Both the position numbers and the translations under genes were made by a program. This document shows positions 47,801 to 52,452 of a DNA stretch of 52,452 bases, piece after piece. Every line of letters begins with the position of its first letter. The first letter of the stretch is position 1. Source of the stretch: a virus (Duplodnaviria; Caudoviricetes); IMG/VR virus record IMGVR_UViG_3300044302_004114, positions 1 to 52,452 of that record, one strand, 5' to 3'. The notes beneath the pieces are model-generated. The model saw nothing but the letters and a program-made list of their open reading frames with translations. It was not told the origin of the DNA and did not search any database.

Positions 47801-48258
47801 TTAACAACATGCTGAATCAGGCAAACCGTGACAGAGCAATGTATCGAGACGTATTCACCGGCAAAAAAGGCATTGGAGATTTTAGCGCTGGTCAAATTGC
47901 AGGACTTGATACGGCCGGATTTGCAAGGTATGTAATGAACCAAGACGATGAATACGGCTTCAGAAGTAATGATATGATAGGCAATTTGGTTGGTGGACCG
48001 TTATTTGAAAAATTGATGTCAGGCGACTTAGGTGCGCTTGAAGAGTTTTACGGTAAAGAAGAATCCTCCCAATTGTTAATAAATTACTTAACTGAAACCG
48101 GTCAATATGCAGCAAGTGACAGTGCCTTCTTAGAAACAATTGCTAGAAATACAGGTATGCGACATCAGGTTGTTATCAATGCTGAAACAGTTGATGAGCG
48201 TGGGGTTGAGACAGTTATGTTAGAGATACATAATGAAGTAGTAGAGCACACGGAATAG
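44848..48258 (+). CDS. Tape measure protein
   Basis: 1136 aa, Ala/Gly-rich, helical, hydrophobic segments; follows the chaperones. Confidence 0.88.
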   Translation: MAVEEKVVIKVEIDADITNDLAAIERRIRNLDATTKKFNNTNRDLDKTTNKLTRRFGGMTRAVTGFMKVFTKFITMMGKFSFLALAGHIAIVTAGLLAAKAALITGRAAVKLYDVALKGLTVTAAGLATTLAVAAAAMREFNEAQLAPILGGGNLGMNRARTFTQGISSRNLGLLGGEASASVINSLARSGIQGARANQLVTNLFNIAGGDAKAVTTLAAAIGSRNFGDARTAVQGAQGFKKGSLGGVTTMAGLTGVISAGGATKAGFQGLSQNMGGTLIGTAKTEFAGQKGLFADLGEPLLGPFRDTFLQISNIIKNDIISMASIIQKFGEGSFAPTLVTTVRAISGWVRENVLEDIDRIEEMGKSFVGFFVGVRDFFDSMGAWFNKFEPAANLLLDMFRAMGSAAGGRGLFAEFRQLMMSNADNFIAFGESLGNVIGSLFDRLSNGQTGFFDKLPLINEVLDKLAFEVIPAMFNLFNTIFPILEQLPEALHSLASVLNFLAPIVSTLVTSIASLASMVNSIGGGNTFGTAIMAGAMYMGGRKLGVFGRAARTARNASGMGRVAFAGSNIAAGARSLSGSRAIASRQLSSGYQAFRHGQGVRGAFQASKLAGVRAGAMTGARFMPLANVALSGYMAYNSLNQAAQTGQMTGSTALSGGLAGMSIGGMVGGPLGAAVGAAIGAIAGGVGEWFASRKGQERLRKEADKQSTRIFNEASGFKVGSGTEAYMKQAGMLEGFSAAFFADKARDEYGRLKVNDKGNFEGDTAEFGKFLLSMGVDPDSVHRDNLFTSLVNKGLLSELENSVMAAEDLYVRQINRVVEATGIAAENIEGVMDMLNIDGYKDLNETAIGVLSTLFTMGDIDRTKSFIGNIDLSTSPIGQRTRSASVDAALNAFISGGSMDEQLLMDIFNAIGIAEVAMGGSADLAGVSGITFIKKAQEAGAFGGVDVVGQFGLNAALATQYQLLSDESGIPVSQFEGKTTFEINNMLNQANRDRAMYRDVFTGKKGIGDFSAGQIAGLDTAGFARYVMNQDDEYGFRSNDMIGNLVGGPLFEKLMSGDLGALEEFYGKEESSQLLINYLTETGQYAASDSAFLETIARNTGMRHQVVINAETVDERGVETVMLEIHNEVVEHTE

Positions 48259-48262
48259 TAAA

Positions 48263-49015
48263 ATGCCTTTTGTAACAACGACTTTTGTTAGCGATCTCCC
48301 AACTGGATCACCGCCTGTAATTCGATCAGCACAGCCTGAGCGTGCAGTTTTAAAAACTGTAGGGGTTCAAAATGCTGATGGCGAAAATGTAGACATTGAA
48401 GTAATCTTTCCTTTTGGTCCACGAGATATAAGCCACGATACGCTTGAGGCTAAGTTTAGCCAGATTGCTAGACCAGGTAAGAAACCAATTCTAGCCAAAG
48501 AAAACAAACAATTACGTACTATTTCTTTTAAGGCAGTAATTGCTGATAAAGAAAGTGGTGGCGCTTTACCAATTGTAGATATTTTAGATGACATTTCAAA
48601 CATAGCAGAAAATGGGTATTCATGCAAGTTCGTTTATGGTCACACATCATTATCGTATTTTGTTGCTTTAACTAAATTTAGTTATAATGTTAAGTATAGG
48701 AATACTTCTGGTGAGCCAATAAGGGCAGAGGCAAGTTTTCAATTAACTGAATTTCCTGGTATTAATCAAGAGATAGCCGAACTTTTGGCTGTCTATCGTG
48801 AGCCAACTTATACTAAAGTAGTTCCTCCACCCCCTACACCAGAACCTGACGATGATCCTCTAACTCTTTGGGAGTCACAGCAATTACAATCCAGATATAG
48901 CCAACTTCTAGAGGCTGCCCAAATTGACAATGCGGATCCCTTTGTGGCGATAGGACTAATGGAAAGACTTTACAAACGAGCCTACTTTGACGTTACTGGA
49001 GAATGGCCATCATAA
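48263..49015 (+). CDS. Baseplate/tube-initiator-like protein
   Basis: FPF.P, RPG.KP.L, G.PIRA....L.E; gene position. Confidence 0.65.
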   Translation: MPFVTTTFVSDLPTGSPPVIRSAQPERAVLKTVGVQNADGENVDIEVIFPFGPRDISHDTLEAKFSQIARPGKKPILAKENKQLRTISFKAVIADKESGGALPIVDILDDISNIAENGYSCKFVYGHTSLSYFVALTKFSYNVKYRNTSGEPIRAEASFQLTEFPGINQEIAELLAVYREPTYTKVVPPPPTPEPDDDPLTLWESQQLQSRYSQLLEAAQIDNADPFVAIGLMERLYKRAYFDVTGEWPS

Positions 49016-49069
49016 TATAATACCGTTGGCGTAATGGCAACCTGAGATTAGGAATGGTACAATAATACT

Positions 49070-50104
49070 ATGGTTACTGTAACAACTTCTGTTGACTCCT
49101 TAAAAATAGGTGAAATTGGCGAAAAAGTCGTTGAAATACGTGAATCCATAACTAGCCTTTCATATGATTTATCTGCTGACATGGTTAGCCAAATCACCGT
49201 GCGTGTCCATGATCCTAGTTTTGAAATGTATAAAAATAATTATTTTATGATTGGGCGTACTGTTGATTACTTGTCTCAATTGTTTGAAATATCAAATGTA
49301 GATATAATTCATGACAAAACAGATTCTGTTAACTTTGTTGCTCGACTGCAAGCAACTCAAAAAATGCGAAGAGACAGAGGACAAATGTCTTTTGGGCAGA
49401 TATCACCGTCAACGTTTGCTTCTATGATGGCAAAAAAGTTTGATTTAGATGAGTTTATGGAAGATAGCGCAGTTGATGGCACTATTGTGAGGGAGCATAC
49501 TGACAAAAAAGATGAGTCAACTTTTGATGTTTTACGAAGGTTGGCGAATGCTTTAGATTTTAGGTTTTTTGAAGCAAAAGGTGTTTTATACTTTGCGTCA
49601 GAAGAATTTATTGTTGCAAACACAGACTCTTTTACAGTCAATATACCTTCTGCTGAGATAGATCCATATTTTGGATCAAAGGTTACAGTAAAAAGATCAA
49701 CTGATTCAAAAAAGTCCGCAACGTCCCAGTTGTCTTTGGTTCAAAATTCTTCAAGTTTGTCAATTTATCCTGGTGCTTCTTTTGAAATAAAAGGAGTTCC
49801 TCATTTTGAAGGAAAGTTTATGGTTGATCGAGTATCTTTTCGATCAGGACCAACTTCAATAGTGAGTGTGAGTGGAACAAACGTTGAGGACTCTGATGAT
49901 ATGGCTTGTACGTTAGAGACTTTTCAACAGGGTTCCAAAGGGTCTTGTGTTAAAAGGATACAGATAGCGGTTGGCGTTACAAGTGATGGGATTTTTGGTC
50001 CTTTAACTAAGGCTGCTGTTGTTAAGTTTCAATCCAATAATGGAATAACAGCGGACGGTATAGTAGGGCCAGTAACTTGGGGTAAGATTGTTGGGGTAAT
50101 TTAA
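49070..50104 (+). CDS. Baseplate hub (gpD/gp27-like) with C-terminal PG-binding domain
   Basis: ES.FD.L.RLA....F.FF...G.LYF; DGIFGP.T..AV..FQ..GI..DGIVGP.TW. Confidence 0.75.
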   Translation: MVTVTTSVDSLKIGEIGEKVVEIRESITSLSYDLSADMVSQITVRVHDPSFEMYKNNYFMIGRTVDYLSQLFEISNVDIIHDKTDSVNFVARLQATQKMRRDRGQMSFGQISPSTFASMMAKKFDLDEFMEDSAVDGTIVREHTDKKDESTFDVLRRLANALDFRFFEAKGVLYFASEEFIVANTDSFTVNIPSAEIDPYFGSKVTVKRSTDSKKSATSQLSLVQNSSSLSIYPGASFEIKGVPHFEGKFMVDRVSFRSGPTSIVSVSGTNVEDSDDMACTLETFQQGSKGSCVKRIQIAVGVTSDGIFGPLTKAAVVKFQSNNGITADGIVGPVTWGKIVGVI

Positions 50105-52101
50105 TGAGTAGAAGAACTTCTAGAAATAATAGTTATTCTGGTTTAGGTATTAATCCTAGAGGAATTTATAGGGCTACGGTTGTTTCTGTTAATGGACCTT
50201 TGATAAACATTAAGATTCCTAGGTTGGGTCTGGATAACGTTTATGAAAATGTGCCTATTGTAGGACCCACGCCGTCTGTCTCCGACAATGTGTTTGTTGG
50301 TTTTATTGAAGGGAACACTGGAAACCCTGTAGCATTCACGAGCAATGACACAAACACTGGAGATATTGATTCCGTTGTTGCTGGCACGGCTTTAAGTGGT
50401 GGTGGATCTTCAGGTGATGTTACTTTAAACTTTGCACCTTCAGAACTTTCATCTGCTACAGTCTCAGGATCGGATAAAGTTGTTATTGCCGATGCTGATG
50501 ATAGCGACAATCCAAAAACTGTTACTGTTCAGTCAATCGTTGATCTTTCTCCCGTGGGTGACATTACGGGTGTTACTGCTGGAACCGCTTTAAGTGGCGG
50601 TGGCACAAGTGGAGCGGTTACTGTTAACTTTGCTCCGTCGGAACTTTCTTCTGTAACTGTCGCTACCGATGACAAGGTGGTTATTGCCGACACAAGCGAT
50701 AGCGATAATCCCAAGCATGTGACTGCACAGTCGATTGCTAACCTTTCTCCAGCAACGACGCCGGGTGGGTCCACAACTCAGATACAGTATAACAACTCTG
50801 GGTCTTTTGCGGGTTCTGCTAACTTTACGTTTGATGGAACATCTACAGTTACTTTAACTGACACTGATGCTGGTTCGGAAGGTGCCCCTATTATTGAGTT
50901 GTATAGGAATAGTGCTAGCCCTGCTGATGCTGATTATATAGGTCTGATAAAGTTTCAAGCCGAAAACGACAATGATCAAAAAGTCGTGTACGCCAAGATT
51001 AGTGGTAAAATTGATGATGCTTCTGACACAACTGAGGACGGCATCATCGAGATTATGCTCAAAAAAGCAGGGTCTAACAATATTGCAATGCGCTTCAACT
51101 CCACGACTATGAAGTTACTTAATGGTACGGGTATAGAGGTTAATGGCGCTGCTCAGTTTGATAGCACGCTGGAGGTGGCGGGCGACACAACTTCTACTGG
51201 TCATTTTACTGCCCAGTCTGGTGGCGCTGATAGCGGTATAGTTCTTGGACAAGCGTTTAGTTCTTCATACGTTGGTTTGCGTACTGCTGGCATGGCAGAG
51301 GACAGCGCTGACGAATACATTCTCATAAGTGACGGTGGCGATACGTTTGTTTCTGCTGGAAATGCTGCTGGAGATGACTTATATTTACGAGCCGGTGGCA
51401 ACTCAACTACATGCCAAATCCAGTTAGATTCTTCTGAAAATAATGTTAACGTTACTGGAAGTTTAGGAGTAGGCGCATCAGGGGTAGCAGGTAATCTTAC
51501 TGTTAAGTCTCAGAATAGGGAAGTTTCTATTCTGGATTCTGGAAGTACTAACCGTGCTGAACTTAGAGCGCACGCTGCTGGGGATACAAGTAGTTACGCT
51601 TATATGCAGTACAATGCTTATAGTCATAGGTTCCTTGTTGAAGGAAATGTAAAGGCAGAACTTGCAAATTCTGGTATTTTTACTACACCCGATGTCCCTG
51701 CGTTTAGAGCATACAAATCAGGCACTGGGCAAGTGACTACTACAGGCCCAAATATATGGGTTTGTGACACTGAAATTTTCGATAATGGAAATAACTATAA
51801 TACGTCTACAGGTAAATTTACTGCACCTGTAGATGGCTATTATTTCTTTACTTGGCACATGTTTATGCACACAAATTACACCAATACTACTGACACATAT
51901 TGGGGGTTTGTTGCTACTGGCGATAACGCATGGTTTAACCACGGCGACAATGGAGTTGATGGCGGTCAAAGCATTTCAGCATTGTTTCATTTAGATGCAG
52001 GCGATGTCTGCTACCCATACATTGCAAGCGATTCAAGTTACACATTAACATCGTTTACATCTGCAAAATATAATGCCTTTAATGGTTACTTAGTAGGATA
52101 A
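50104..52101 (+). CDS. Spike-like OB-fold N-terminus fused to a fibre with C-terminal C1q-like domain
   Basis: GIYRATVV..IPRL..P...D.V.V.F.EG...PV; repeats; PAFRA...FD.GNNYNTSTGKFTAPVDG.Y.F...FNGYL. Confidence 0.75.
   Translation: MSRRTSRNNSYSGLGINPRGIYRATVVSVNGPLINIKIPRLGLDNVYENVPIVGPTPSVSDNVFVGFIEGNTGNPVAFTSNDTNTGDIDSVVAGTALSGGGSSGDVTLNFAPSELSSATVSGSDKVVIADADDSDNPKTVTVQSIVDLSPVGDITGVTAGTALSGGGTSGAVTVNFAPSELSSVTVATDDKVVIADTSDSDNPKHVTAQSIANLSPATTPGGSTTQIQYNNSGSFAGSANFTFDGTSTVTLTDTDAGSEGAPIIELYRNSASPADADYIGLIKFQAENDNDQKVVYAKISGKIDDASDTTEDGIIEIMLKKAGSNNIAMRFNSTTMKLLNGTGIEVNGAAQFDSTLEVAGDTTSTGHFTAQSGGADSGIVLGQAFSSSYVGLRTAGMAEDSADEYILISDGGDTFVSAGNAAGDDLYLRAGGNSTTCQIQLDSSENNVNVTGSLGVGASGVAGNLTVKSQNREVSILDSGSTNRAELRAHAAGDTSSYAYMQYNAYSHRFLVEGNVKAELANSGIFTTPDVPAFRAYKSGTGQVTTTGPNIWVCDTEIFDNGNNYNTSTGKFTAPVDGYYFFTWHMFMHTNYTNTTDTYWGFVATGDNAWFNHGDNGVDGGQSISALFHLDAGDVCYPYIASDSSYTLTSFTSAKYNAFNGYLVG
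50359..50751 (+). repeat. Coding duplication, 198-nt period (66 aa)
   Basis: GDI..V.AGTALSGGG.SG.VT.NFAPSELSS.TV...DKVVIAD..DSDNPK.VT.QSI..LSP twice. Confidence 0.9.
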
Positions 52102-52110
52102 GGAGATAAA

Positions 52111-52371
52111 ATGGCTAAAACATTTACAATAACAATAACTGACGCTGAAGAAAAAGCGTTTGCTTGGGCTGTAGTAGACCCAGATGATTGGGTGGACAAT
52201 GTTGTCCATGAAAAATGTCGTAAAGTAAAGGATCGTTTGTACGATCAAGAAGTTCAACGCATGACCGACGATGAAAGTGTTACTTCTATCCCTGCGGATA
52301 AAGACACAGTTATCAATAACGCTAATGTTAAAACAGCGAAACAACGACAAGATGAAGAAGGTACTACGTAG
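52111..52371 (+). CDS. Small fibre-associated protein
   Basis: AAGGAG RBS; directly follows the C1q fibre gene. Confidence 0.7.
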   Translation: MAKTFTITITDAEEKAFAWAVVDPDDWVDNVVHEKCRKVKDRLYDQEVQRMTDDESVTSIPADKDTVINNANVKTAKQRQDEEGTT

Positions 52372-52387
52372 AAGGGTAGTGTGTGCC

Positions 52388-52452
52388 ATGTGTGAGTGTG
52401 AAACTTGTATGTGTACCAAAGACTGTAACTGTGGTTGCTGTTGCTGGGATCC
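52388..52452 (+). CDS. Cys-rich metallothionein-like ORF (truncated by the window)
   Basis: MCECETCMCTKDCNCGCCCWD... Confidence 0.45.
   Translation, partial: MCECETCMCTKDCNCGCCCWD

Noticed and set aside
50359-50751. DGR template/variable repeat pair
   Set aside because: In-frame tandem duplication, differences are not adenine-specific, and no reverse transcriptase is present in the window

Overview
A 52-kb segment of a lytic-looking, contractile-tailed dsDNA phage with an HK97-type head, most likely infecting an actinobacterium. Host evidence: a WhiB regulator, an Acidimicrobiia-style CxxDxxC ferredoxin, and many leaderless sigma-A promoters. From left to right: (1) a minus-strand glycan-tailoring operon (partial GT2, PhyH dioxygenase, NodB-like deacetylase, NodS-like methyltransferase); (2) a ~1-kb non-coding strand-switch region holding a promoter-driven, densely base-paired ~415-nt candidate ncRNA and a degenerate repeat/A-tract zone; (3) early/recombination genes (WhiB, Rad52/Sak, RecB-like nuclease, GT4, HNH/NinG, PhyH); (4) a ParB + PAPS-reductase-like (IbrA) + ParB (IbrB) + MazG + DUF932 + C5-methyltransferase block; (5) an inverted terminase-ferredoxin pair; (6) a greatly expanded head module: portal with a probable -1 frameshift into a MuF-like protein, protease, acidic multidomain protein, a 2.4-kaa protein with GNAT-like and HipA/PI3K-like kinase domains, and major capsid; (7) class II RNR and two candidate small RNAs; (8) neck, sheath, tube, endolysin, frameshifted tail chaperone, tape measure, baseplate and a spike-fibre-C1q protein; (9) a truncated Cys-rich ORF at the right edge. 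AGCT (and apparently CGCG) seems to be avoided. All family calls come from motif recognition by eye; no searches were run.
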